Shown in pieces: positions 52,425 to 64,000 of a DNA stretch of 64,000 nucleotides. The translations under genes and the position numbers were made by a program. This DNA is from Pelomyxa schiedti. Taxonomy: Eukaryota; Protista; Evosea. The stretch covers positions 12,890 through 76,889 of the forward strand of contig JAHLWZ010000601.1 in assembly GCA_020536535.1 (NCBI GenBank), in the 5' to 3' direction. A model generated the notes under the pieces. It was not told where the DNA came from. It saw only the letters and a program-made list of their open reading frames with translations, and did no database searches. Each line of letters begins with the position of its first letter. The first letter of the stretch is position 1.

Positions 52425-54861
52425 ATGGACCGTTGTACGTCCCCACGCGCCCGCCTCTACGTCGAGAAATTCTGCAGGATACTCCTGCGACGCCGCGAGG
52501 TGAGGGAATTATGGGTGTCCCTGAACCCACATCCCTCCCGCCCTACGACGACTTCAACAACTACGTCGTCATCGTCATCATCCCCAAGGCCCACGTCGCA
52601 GCCGATGTCGTTCTCGAGCCTGAGGGAGTCTCAATTGACTGAGGAATGCGGTGTCCCAGCCTCGATCTCGGGGACGTACGGCCTGCACGTGTGCGAGGTT
52701 CCAAGGCCCGAGGACGGGGGCGGAGATTCTCGTAAAAGCGGGGCCGACGAGGACGACCGAGGGCGAGACCCTTTTTTGCCGGACTTGTGGAGGAAACTAA
52801 GCCCTGTTTACATGAGGGACAACAATGATCAGGTGGGTCCAGATTCGAGTCGTACTACATCAACCTATTTTTAAACCTTTTTTTTTTTTGGAAAATTTAA
52901 AAAAAAAAAAAAAACCAGTTGTAATGGAGGCTTTTAATAGGGGATGTGGCTTTCGTGTTTTTTCACCCATCATTATTGCTCAGCTTGGTTTGTAGGTGCA
53001 ACCACTTTTGGAGCAAGTGGCATCCATGATTCCTAGCAAAGATGAAACAAAGTGGGTGTGGGGACAAAATGTCTTTCTGGTAAACTGCCCTGACATTGTG
53101 GAAAAGATGACTGCTGTGTTTCCTTCTATGCTCGAGGATATAAATAAAAGCCTTGGCTCTGGCGCACCCTTAGTGTGCTCTGAAACCCCATTTCCAGGAA
53201 TTTGGGCATTGCATAATTCCATGCCCGCAGTCGCGAAAAGCTGGCAAATGGAATACTTTATAATAAAACTGATCAACCACCTCGGTGCAACTCCTTCACT
53301 GTATACCTTATTTCAAGTAGCATCAAGTTCTGGCCCTGTTGCACATGTTACAAGTACAACAGAATCCAACCAATTCCCCTCTTCCCCATTGGACTGCCCT
53401 CAGCTGTGCGCATCAAAAACACGAAGTCCAGGTGCATACATTGTCTGGCTTGCCTCCATTAGACTGGCTCAAGCTTCCGCCGTGAATGGACTGGTTCTGG
53501 AGAAGCAAAGACACATTATTGAAAGTGCCATTGACTCGATAGTCATATTTCAGAACAGTTCTGTGCACGTGGCTCGATTTTTTGAAGTTGTGGCAAATGA
53601 ACTCTCAATTGGACTTTGTATGAAACATCCTTACGACATCGGCAATTTCCGTGAAGCTTGGTGGCGAATTTTCAGTCAGAGACACCCTACATTTGTACAT
53701 TTCCACCACTCGGAATACCTTGTATCAAGTGGAATGGATGCCATCACATCGTGCCTACATGCAGCCGGAGGAATGCCGACCTCACTGGTACCAGGTCGTG
53801 ACTACATAGAAGCAAAGGCCCTCTGCCTTGCACCTCAAACAGTTTCACATCCAGATGGAAGGATAATATTCTATTTTACGCCGAATCCGAGTTTTCCATT
53901 TGAACCGTTCTCACTGGAGGCCATTAAGTCGAAGCTGTCAGAACCTTTGGCAGAAGGAAAACCAGTGATTCTCATTGTTGATATCACCGTTGAAACATAC
54001 AAACCCCTGGATTCCGCGTCTGCATTTCTGGCCAGTCTCCACGATTTCTTCTCCAGCGGACTTCCGCTATGCCTGCTGATTGTGAAAAGCTTTGTAAAAT
54101 ATGCTACTCTTGGCACCGGAAAAGCAATGGGTGGAGGAATCCTACTTGTGCGTGATTCACGCACTCCGATTCCACTGTTTGACCAGATGGAATCCTCATT
54201 CCGCAATCATCAGGATTCATTGAACTGGATTTCCACTCTGGATGGACAGTTCCTGACACACATTCTAAAATTCTGCCCCCGGGCCGAGATAGACTTCATC
54301 ACTAACGCCTCCCATAACACCGAATTCTTCCACCAGGAGTGCTGGGATCAAGTGGCCATCACGCCTGGCCTTCCATTTGCCACGCGGCTTAGGAGTGCCA
54401 AATGGAAATTATGGGATGAACAGGAACAACCATCGCCGCACAGTAAAACTACAACAACCGCGACTGCTTCCACGACTCCCACTCCCACAATCCTGAACTC
54501 GGCCAGAATTGCTGAGATGGTAGGGATGGAGGAAAAGGACAGCTTCTCGTCACTACACACTTCTTTCCTCACATTTCCCTCCTTTATTAGATTCAACATT
54601 GGACAGGAAACCCATAAGGAACTTCTGCAAAAATACTCTGCACTGGGCCTTTTATTCCGCGATGAATCCGGACCCGGGGCAAAGACTCCAGTTTCAAAAC
54701 TAACGATAGAAAACGCTATCACTGAAGCATCACACATGTCACATCCAGAGGATAGGATTCTTTCTCTGAAGAAATTCTCTCTGAAGGCATTCCCAGAACC
54801 AATTCTGTCGTTACCACCTTCAAGTCACACAGAATCACAATCCCCTTGTTGCTTGTTGTAA
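52425..54861 (+). CDS. Divergent fold-type-I PLP-dependent enzyme (Cys/Met-metabolism-like) with a long N-terminal extension
   Basis: SSGMDAI, TPNP, LIVDIT, KSFVKY (candidate PLP Lys), GGIL and IRFNIGQE resemble cystathionine gamma-lyase family motifs. Confidence 0.6.
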
Positions 54862-54945
54862 ATGTAAAAAAAATTGGCAAAAAGGTGTTTCTGAAAGTTT
54901 ACATAGTGGTACTAATGGTTTTTCTTTGTACAGTGGGGGTGTGGT

Positions 54946-56572
54946 TTAGGATTCCTGAAGGGACAGGAAAAGGTTTGTCCATTCGACTTCATACTCGAAT
55001 TGTACTATTCGCTCCACATAAAGCTGCAACAATTTACGGTACCGCTCTTGAATGTTGCATCCAGTCTGTGGAGGAAGAACATTAGCCACTGGGATACAGC
55101 TTGCAAACAAACCTTGGCGTGCAGTTTTCTCAAACATATAGGGCAAAGTTGCATTGGTTGGTTGTCCGCTTCTTCTAAGGAATTGGATCCGTTCATGACG
55201 CAGTTGTAGTAGATACAGTGCTCAAAGTTGAAAAGGTGTAAAGTCTCATGGACCAGTGTTTGGCAACTGCGCCACAAAAGGCTGTGGTTTGCAGTGGCAT
55301 CTACGTGTAAATTTAGGAACAAGAAATGAAGATAAAATTTGGATACTCAGGTAACGGGCAAAGCTAAAAACCCCAACACGATTTTCGGCAAGACCAAAGA
55401 CCCAATTGAAGCCAACAGAATACAAATCCTCCATTGTGATGGCGACCAGGCACATGCCTAAAGGCTGTCATTACAACTCTATGTACGTCGAAATGCATAA
55501 AATTTGGCGGAGTTGCCGACTTCAGGAGAGTGCAAATTTTATCAGACAGTAGTTGTATCTTTCCATCAGAAACTCGGTAAGGTATCTTCCACAATTTCTG
55601 TGGATGGGAGGGATCCCGGTATTTCATAAACCTGGTGATGCCTATAAATTGGACAACGAACCAAATATTGGGATTTCTTACTTTTCTTTGTGAACATCTG
55701 TTGGTGCCTTCGTTCTTGCGCTTGCTCTTGCATCCGGGTTCTTTTGAACAACCCAGGGCTCCATGAGGTGAACCACAGTAGCGAGGTAGGCCTGTGCAAA
55801 TCTCTGTAGGAAGTGAAGATCGATGTCCAAATGACCTAATGGCAATAGATAAACAGTATCTCTGAGAGAAGCCCTGTCCAGAAGTAGTTAAACAACTGAA
55901 CAAAGCATAATAGAGATATTAATGCGTAGGATATAGAAATAAAACAAATTCTCATAAAGATAGAACAAGTGAACGTGGAAGCAGGTAAACCAAATTGAGA
56001 GGATCCAAAAGCCACCAACAATACAAAATGAGATGTATTAACTACTAACAACGAGTGAGTGGGATGAAATGTACAATCTAACGCCGCCCACAACCTCGGC
56101 AACAGAGCCAACAGATAACAGACATCAGATAGGACTAGATAGTAGATAACAGATTGAGTTGGGTTTGGGCGGGGCGCACACACTTGGCGCTTGGAGTGCC
56201 ACACGTGGCCAGGAACGAGTCGAAGTCCTGCCCGCACTCGCGCTGGGACCACAGCCAGTCCCCAGGCCCCGGCCTCGCAATGGGCTGGAAGAAATTCCTG
56301 CCCCCAAGCGCCGCCGCCCCCCCCTCGCCACTCCCACAAGTAGCAACCGTGGAGGTCGCGGCAGGTACAATTGGCACAGCTGCCGATGTAGATGAGGAGG
56401 AGGGCGAGGGAGATGGAGAAGGAGAAGGAGGAGTGGGGGCGGGGGACTGGGCGAGGAGCGAGGGGAGGCCGCCGAAGGAGGACCGTAGGGGGGAGTCCAT
56501 GGGCTCGGGGCCAAACGCCCTCATCACGGCCTCCATCGACGGCGGCGTGAACTTTCCCTTCCTACTGCTCAT
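54946..56572 (-). CDS. Archaemetzincin (peptidase M54, AMZ-like) zinc metalloprotease
   Basis: PGDWL..QRECGQDF, TMEDLY..NWVFG, GVFSFARY, HETLHLFNFEHC, CVMNGSN and LCPICLRKL. Confidence 0.9.
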
Positions 56573-56823
56573 GTACTAACCGGTATTGTCGATGTTCCTT
56601 GAAGGACAGGTTTGTGATGGTGACGGAGGCTGGATCTTGACTGATGCAGAAAGGAGTGCGCAGGGGAGTGGTGTATTTGGAGTATGGGCGATAGGCGCAG
56701 GGGAGTAGTGTCACTTTCCGATGTGAGTGAAGGTAATGAAAAAAAAAGGTGGACTTCTGGTAATAAACAACGCGCACAAAACATCCCGTAAAAGAGACGA
56801 GATCTTGGATCTACGGAGGGGTA

Positions 56824-59800
56824 ATGTACAATACTGCATGGAGCACAACCACGCCCCTCGGATCTGCGGCACCCCCGCGTGCCTCCACTCCCACGTTACT
56901 CACGTCTAGCGCCACGTTCAAGCCGGTCCGCAAGATGTCACTCCCGGCCCGCCCCACCGCCGCCAACGTTTTTCGAGAGGTCCACTCTCCGCCGTTCGTG
57001 ACTGGTTTCGGCGTCGCCGACGTGCCCTCGCCGCCGCATTTCCCGGCCCCGCTGCCGCCGACCTCTCCCACAATGTTCTTTCTGCTCCCCCCGCCGCCCT
57101 CCTCCTCCTCCGGGATGCAGAGCTTCTCCGTGATGTCGCAGGGAGGGCACAAGAAGCGCGGCAGCGCCGCCTCGATGTCGCTGACTCGCTCTTCTCCTTG
57201 TGAATGTGTGATTCCAATCGCTCCGCCGTCCGTTGCGCCGCCGCCTGCTCCTCCCCCGCCTCCGCCGCCTCCCCCGCCGCCGCCGAAATTCCCGACGCCT
57301 CACTGCACGACGGCACAGTCCGCCTGCGGTTCTTCGGACTTCCGTTCTCCTTTGAAGAACTCGTCGAGCGTGGTTTCTATTTCACCGTTGATGGAGCCCT
57401 CGTCTTCAGAACCGCAATTAGCACCCATATCTCTACAGGGTTCTCCACCTTCAACATTCGATCCCACTCAAAGTGTACAGCCACTAACCACACCACCGAT
57501 TCTCCGCCCGCAATCATTGTCACCTGTGTGTCTCACACAAACTCCATCTCCACCAACCTCACCCACGATTGTATCCCCGAAAATAATACCGATCGTTCCT
57601 ATTCCAATACATAGACCAACACCCACTTCACCGATTCTTACCTCGACATTGCATAAATCACATCACGTAAATCCTCAAACACCATCATCACCAGCACCAA
57701 CAACGGCTATCCCTCACACGGGACTATTGCACGAATATTGGAATGCCACAATTTCCAACCGGCAAAAAAGGAAACCGAACCCTGTGCATTCACCAGGCCA
57801 TCCACTGCACTCTCCACGAGGTTAGCATATTTCGTTAATACTCTTTCGTTTCACAGTTTTTTCCATAGGGGCGAGACACGTCAAGTAATACTCTTTCCCC
57901 TTATTTGGATTAACAGTTGTATCAAGACCACATTTCTTTAAAAATGAAACTACCACTTGGATAAGTGCTGTTCATTTAGGAATGTATTCCAGTGGCCTTG
58001 GTCCGCATCTAGCGGTGGTAATGGCGGCATTCACACCCGTTCTCCATCCAATAAGAAATAACAGGCCTGGAATGGGATTGAAACCTTAACGGAAGAAGAG
58101 CACATGGCGTTTGTTATTGCTGAACTGTCGGACTCAATAAGAGTGTTTGATTTTTATTGTGACGAAATCAGTGATTGTATGCAGATTAAGCTCATATCCC
58201 TGCCCTCAGGTACGGCTAGAAGTTGTTGTTTATCAACACCCGTAACCCACCTTAGATCATTTCTTTGTATCTATAGTCTTCACTGTCATGACACAGGGAC
58301 AAGCGAAAATATGCACACTCACAATATTGGCAAGAAAAGAATTTTTATCAAGATATCTCGAGTTCCATCCTCGATCAATTGATAGTAAATGTTCCCTGTA
58401 AGACTTCTGCAACGCAAATTTGCTCATTTCTTAATAGGACTTGGGGTTACAGCATGCCGATTATGTATTTTACTATCGAAGGTAACTTTCGATCTCGTGT
58501 CCCTTTTTTGGAGCCAAATTGTTTCGAATAGGACACTGTAATTGCACCAATTAATATGGAAGTGCAAGCGCTTTGTGAATCTATGGAAGTACTCCTTCAT
58601 AGACAGCTCCCCATAAATATGTGTTGCGCAACAGAGATGGATAAAGTCATTGATACATATGGCGAGAACTTTTTCTCTATGTATTTATATATGTGATGTA
58701 TGTGTACTTTTGTTTGCTTGTTTTAGTTTCAATAAATTTAACTGATGCCGTATTTTTAGTGCAGTGACATCACATTTGAAGACCCTTGGCTGTACAGTGG
58801 TAACTGGCTCAGATAAAGAAAAGATTGATTCGGTTTGTATTTTGTTCTTCACTCTTTTCCTTTAACTCATTCGTTTTTCAATTTGATACAGTTTGTTAGT
58901 GCACTTGCCCTGTTTTCAGATCCAATTCAGAGATCAAATTCCAGTTACGTATTTGCTCCGACTTATTCTTCTGATGTGAGTGGTACCCTACTTAAATGCC
59001 TTCTGATTTTATGCAAGCTACTACTCCAAGGGATAGTCGGAGATATTTCTGACATCACTGATGAGCAAGTTTTCTTAAATCAGTATCCCACTACAATAAT
59101 TGATCTTGAGGCCCGAGATGTAGCAATGGTTCGACATAGGATAGACTTGATGTTTACTAACACGAGTTTTAATCAAGTTTTCTGGGTTTGCTACTTTCAA
59201 GAAACTCCAAAAAGAGTATATTAGAGCTCAAGTCGAAAAACTATACAACCAGTCATCACCACCCACTCCTCTGACAAAACTTTCCAAGTGCTCTTCCCTC
59301 CATTAATAAGTAACAACTATTGGGAGCTAACTGATTCCAAATATCAGGCGATCCTTCATCTTGCGTAATTTGCAGCAATCCGTAGGATCCGAAATGGTAC
59401 TTGCAATGATAGAAGAATTGCAGGATTTGCCTCGGTAAGTCTGCACTTAAACTCCCACAATTTGACTTCATATTTCAATCATAGTATCGCTCGCACACAG
59501 ACACCCGGCGTGAACATCTTATACACAACAATCACAAAACAAACACAAAAATAAATTAAAGGCATCTACAAGAAGCCGTTGTGAGGAACTGGCTACATCT
59601 TTTCGTGAGATACGCCACCACCGCCGTACTTATTATCGAAAAAACTCCAAGGTATTTTTTAATTCATTCAATCTCACCTTTCTCTCACCTCGGGTTTTCC
59701 TTCCTCCTAACGCACAAACAAAACAAAACTAGTGAGTGCAGTAGTGACAGAATATTTAGAAACCTTGTTGAGGCACTATACCTCAACGAGTCTGATTTAC

Positions 59801-59950
59801 AAGTAATAATGGCCTTTGCCGGTTAGTTCCGTCCACCATTACCCTCTGTCCCTAATCCTTTCTCAAGAAAAACTCTCCCCTGGGCTACATGAATTTCTGC
59901 ACACCCGCGAATCCCGTGAAATTCGTGAGCTCTCCCAAAGTTCACACTGA
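56824..59950 (+). CDS. C9orf72: C9orf72-like DENN-domain protein with a Pro-rich N-terminal extension
   Basis: Spliced segments GCTVVTGSDKEKIDSFVSALALF, LLLQG, QYPTTIIDL and ESDLQVIMAFAEKLSPGLH match recalled C9orf72 motifs (CSVVVGSSAEKVNKIVRTLCLF, YPTTHID, DLNIIMALAEKIKPGLH). Confidence 0.75.
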
Positions 59951-60069
59951 GGGACAAAATTTTGCCCGTGCCTTTCCAATTCGTTGTAATTCCACAATCA
60001 AAGACCTCTCAAGAAAAAAATTAAAAAAAAGAAGAGCTATTTTTAGCGTCAATGCACAATGTTACGAGG

Positions 60070-61099
60070 TTACGAGGCTGTGGTTTGTTGGATAACAAAG
60101 CTAGGAAATGAGGTATTTAGCAAAGGGAGTGCTGACACAGTCAATTGTGAGTCTATGGAAAGGTGTCTTATCTTGGGTGAGTGCATTGCTTGAATGTCCT
60201 ACGATATGGGAAAAAAAAGAGTGCAGAAAGTGTTAGTGCAGGTACGGGTCTTGGTGGATGAAAGTGCAGATGAAGTAGAGACCTCAATTTGAGGTGACTG
60301 AATGGAGAGTGTACGATTGATGGTTGATTGAGCGTTAGGGTGAGAGGGGATACGGTTTACCCGTTTGTTGATGACATAGTGCCTAGCGCAAATGGTTATG
60401 CTGCGGGAGTGCCTGATAAGAGGCAACCATCTGGATACATGCCGGAAGTTTCGTATTGTAAGGCAAGCAAGGTCTATTTTCAAAGTAAGTGATATACATC
60501 CCGAATTGTGGTAACGGAGATTACCAAATGGCAACAGCAGAGCCAAGTCTCTATTTGGTTCCCACTGCATGTTTATGGTTACAAGAATGTATATTTTGGG
60601 ATACAACAGCCAAACCTTTGTGTTCAGTGTGTCAATGTTCACCGTTAGTTTCAGAACTGATACATTGAACTTTGGCAAGAATACTCTTGCTTGTTTGGGA
60701 GAGACCCTGCAATATCCCAGTGAACAATAAAGTAACCTTTCATGTCACAGGTATTCATCGTAACTTAGCAAGGTCTAAAAGCAGAGTCTTCTGTGCCTTC
60801 CACACTCGTTCTCTCCAACTAGTGCAAACAAGCTGCAACCTAAAAAAGCAGTTAGAAACAATGTTTCCTAAAAATATTATAAAATACACAAGTCGACTGC
60901 ACAAAATCCATACAAATAAAGCATACCGGCACAGTAATGCGAGTGGATCAGCACTGCAACCAGCTACTACGAACACAAACACCCTTTCGAGTACACCATA
61001 ATCCACAAGGGTGCTGCATTGCACCCCCTTTTCCATGCCTGACGCCCTCGCCAACAATAATTTCTCTTGCAAATCCAAAAGAGGCCTATGACTAGGCAC
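60070..61099 (-). CDS. Multi-exon F-box-like protein
   Basis: Spliced LVDYGVLERVFVFV...LLCRLQLVCTSWRE resembles an F-box; several short GT-AG introns follow; start uncertain. Confidence 0.4.
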
Positions 61100-62059
61100 A
61101 TTTTAGAAAGAAAAAAAACCGTTGGCTGTGGAAACACTGGATGAGTTCATCGTATAATGACTTCACAACACCACTCTATAAGATCACGTGAATCAGTTCT
61201 TCAGTTGGCCTGCCACAGACACGTTTTCAAAAACACTTTAACAGCTACAAATTCGACTCAACGGCTGAGAGACATCATTAATTCGATGTTGTTACCACAC
61301 TCATGCCCGTTATCGCAGTGCTTGGTTGTGGCACATCTTTGATTATTGTTTGTTCATCCCGGACATGTGCTGGGATGAACCACAGGTGAGCTCGATCTGT
61401 TGCTGGTTTCTGTGGCTGAATCCCACTGCTAACCCTCTGAGGACTGAGAAGTGTTCAACTTGGGGATTTGGGGTTTTTTTTCTTTCACCCCAAAATTTTT
61501 TATCCTTCTTGGTTTGAAAGAAAGAAAATAAAAAAAAAAAAAACAAAAAAGGTTCACACAGCGTGCGCGGTCGTTAACTGATTTCAATTACCCAGCAGCA
61601 AAGACATTTTCAGTGCACCGAAGTAGGTAGGGGAATGAAGTCTTCAACGGGAGCCCCATCGCCACGACAAGTTTTTAGGTGCTTGCTCCTGAGTACTGTT
61701 CGTTGACCCTTTGCTGTACCCTTCTATGAGCAGTCTCTGTCTGTTGAAGAAAAACGACGACTTAGGTTCATGGTGAAGGATACCACTTGACGAATCTGGG
61801 AAGGACAAAGGACAAAACAAGCCAACAGGCCTGTTCCTCCGAGTCGATAGGGTGGATGAATCGAACCCAAATGCTTCTCGTAATCCCACCGGCGCGCACA
61901 CTTTTTGGACCAACAGAATTCCCTTACGCAAGGCTGAGAACAGATTTGTCATATCGTTCAACTACTTCTGAACTCCTTTCCCTCAGCTACTTGAAACTAG
62001 GCTGCGCAACTTGCCGATCGTTTGTTCAAGAAGGGGGCACTGTTTTTTCTTTGTTTACC

Positions 62060-62104
<45 letters not shown>

Positions 62105-62204
62105 NNNNNNNNNNNNNNNNNNNNNNNNNNNNNNNNNNNNNNNNNNNNNNNNNNNNNNNNNNNNNNNNNNNNNNNNNNNNNNNNNNNNNNNNNNNNNNNN
62201 NNNN

Positions 62205-64000
62205 TGAGGAGGTACGGCAGAAGGTGACGCAAGTGGAGGCACTTGTGCCTGCTGTGGGGGTGTTTGTTGTATAAACACTTGGGTTGATGGAGTTGCTGAA
62301 GGTGGTGTTGAGGGTGGAGTAGATGTTTGCTGTCTTGGAGAAGAATCAGTGGAACTGCGAGAAGGCGGTGGGGTACAAACCGCGGCAGTAGGGGGAGGTG
62401 GAGGTGCACTGGTTGGAAGGGGCAGTGTGATAGTCTGAGGAATAGGACTCATTGTGTTCTGAGGTCCAAAGTACAAAGGTGTGAAGCTGCACGACAATGG
62501 GCGAGGAGCAGCATGTGGCGGCGGGACTGCACGCCTTGGTCCAGGAGGACCCTCAGCTTCCAGTGACACACCTTGTTTTGTACGCCCATCACCAGTTCTC
62601 ACTACACAACATGTGGTCAATAAAACCTTCCAAAGTGTATAGACACATACGAAAAACTACTACGCTTTCTATATTTTTCGCATTTTTTTAAATATTTAGG
62701 TTTTTGGATTTGGAAGGAAATTTTTATTTTGCGTACCTACGAAGCTCTTTTGGGTTCCAGGCAAAGGACCCAATATCGGCTGCGTGGCACGAGGAAGAAC
62801 AGTAGTCGTAGAAGACGACATCTAGTGCGCAGTACTATGATGCCTTACGCACCCACAATTCACTCGCGTAGTCGCTGCGCTTATTTACACTGACCCTAAC
62901 CCCCCAACGCAACACAAACTTCAAGATCTTGCTCTTGTGGTTTGTTGTGTCGTACTCCTCGTTGGTTGGTACTTTCCTCCCTCGCTGTTGAAGGTTTTGA
63001 TTTTTTTTGTTTTTGTTTTCGGTTTTAGGGCGGGGTGTTGGGGGGTTTTTCTAGTTGTTTGTTGGTGGCCTTGGCGATGTTATTCGGTAGTGTTGTGTGG
63101 GTTGGTTTTTGATGATGGGTGTTGCTGTGGGTGGTGGTTGCTTTGTTTAATTTGAAAAAAATCGACGTTGTTTGATCTTGTGGTTGTTTCACACAAAAAG
63201 GACAAATTGGAGAGTACTTTTTTGGGGAGTGCGGCCTTGTTTAAAATAGAAACAGTTTGACCGATTTCTTTTCACGTGAAAAGAGGTGACATGGCGTTGT
63301 TGTGCACTCTGGTGGTTTGTTTTTTGTTTGGGGAGTGTGGTTTGTGTTTGGCTATAATTATACCCGCCAGCCAGAATAACGGCAATACAAGGCAGCATTC
63401 TCTCTCAAAGTAACTAACGCAAGAGCATTTGATGGATTGTATCAAGCTTCTATGTTACAGGGAGTGCGGTAAAGCACCATCAGGAATATGGGATTTGAAT
63501 CAAAGCACTGCACCGGTCTAACCTACTTCTATCTCACACCTTCCATTACAGATGAATGAAAATGTACGGTGGATTGAAGTAAAATTACCCGCTCTTACAA
63601 CGCAAAGTAAAATCTACCCAGGTATTCAGCACAAAAAGTAAGACGGTGCCAACAAGTTATATCACGCTGCTGTTGTGAGCCACGGAATACCCACACCGGC
63701 TAGTATTTACGTAGTATTTTCTTAGTTTACTGAAATGCAGTTCTGTGCATCTAATGCTGGTTACAAATAGAAGATATGTTCCTCAACGTCATTTCCTTAA
63801 GCTTCTACGAGCATTAAAGTTTCGCTGTTTGGGTTTTCTTTTGCAAGTCTGACAAAGCACGATGCCTCGAAGGTAAAGGATCTTAATTCCGAAAGGAAAT
63901 GTCTCTCTAGTGACGTATTCGCATGATACTGATGTTTTTCGTAACACAATGAGATGTGCCGCCTCGTAGACAAGCAAAAAAAAAAAAAAAAAAAAAAACC
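62205..64000. repeat. Near-identical second copy of ~41353-43140 (PAK 5' end and upstream region); probably a haplotig
   Basis: Same orientation, scattered SNPs and small indels, starts right after a 100-N gap. Confidence 0.9.

Noticed and set aside
62205-64000. Apparent duplication of the PAK 5' region
   Set aside because: Near-identical, starts at a gap and lacks the kinase part; best explained as an uncollapsed haplotype.

Overview
Eukaryotic, gene-dense scaffold with short (mostly 40-55 nt) GT-AG introns and five 100-N gaps. The style suggests an amoebozoan-type protist such as an archamoeba, but that is inference only. The window has two parts. Bases 1-39.2 kb are an accessory, TE-littered cluster. 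It contains a RavA/MoxR AAA+ ATPase fused to a catalytically dead caspase-like domain, two paralogues sharing an unrecognised beta-rich N-terminal domain (one spliced to a long TRAF-type zinc-finger array), and a giant DUF3638/DUF3645 SF2-like NTPase with two divergent interchangeable segments. It also holds IS630/Tc1, piggyBac and Gypsy remnants and an ankyrin + pseudo-caspase gene. Bases 39.3-64 kb are intron-rich housekeeping and signalling genes: PAK kinase, GH38 mannosidase, RPL23A, a PH-RhoGAP-PP2C/WW fusion, a PLP enzyme, archaemetzincin, a C9orf72 homologue and an F-box-like gene, followed by a near-identical second copy of 41.35-43.14 kb. The standout is invisible in the ORF track. 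Between two ankyrin repeats of the ankyrin-pseudocaspase gene (35772-37599) lie 24 consecutive phase-0 microexons, 20 of them single 3-nt codons (AG|NNN|GT). This could be a splicing-based loop-diversification system on a sensor-caspase-fold protein inside a possible immunity-like locus.
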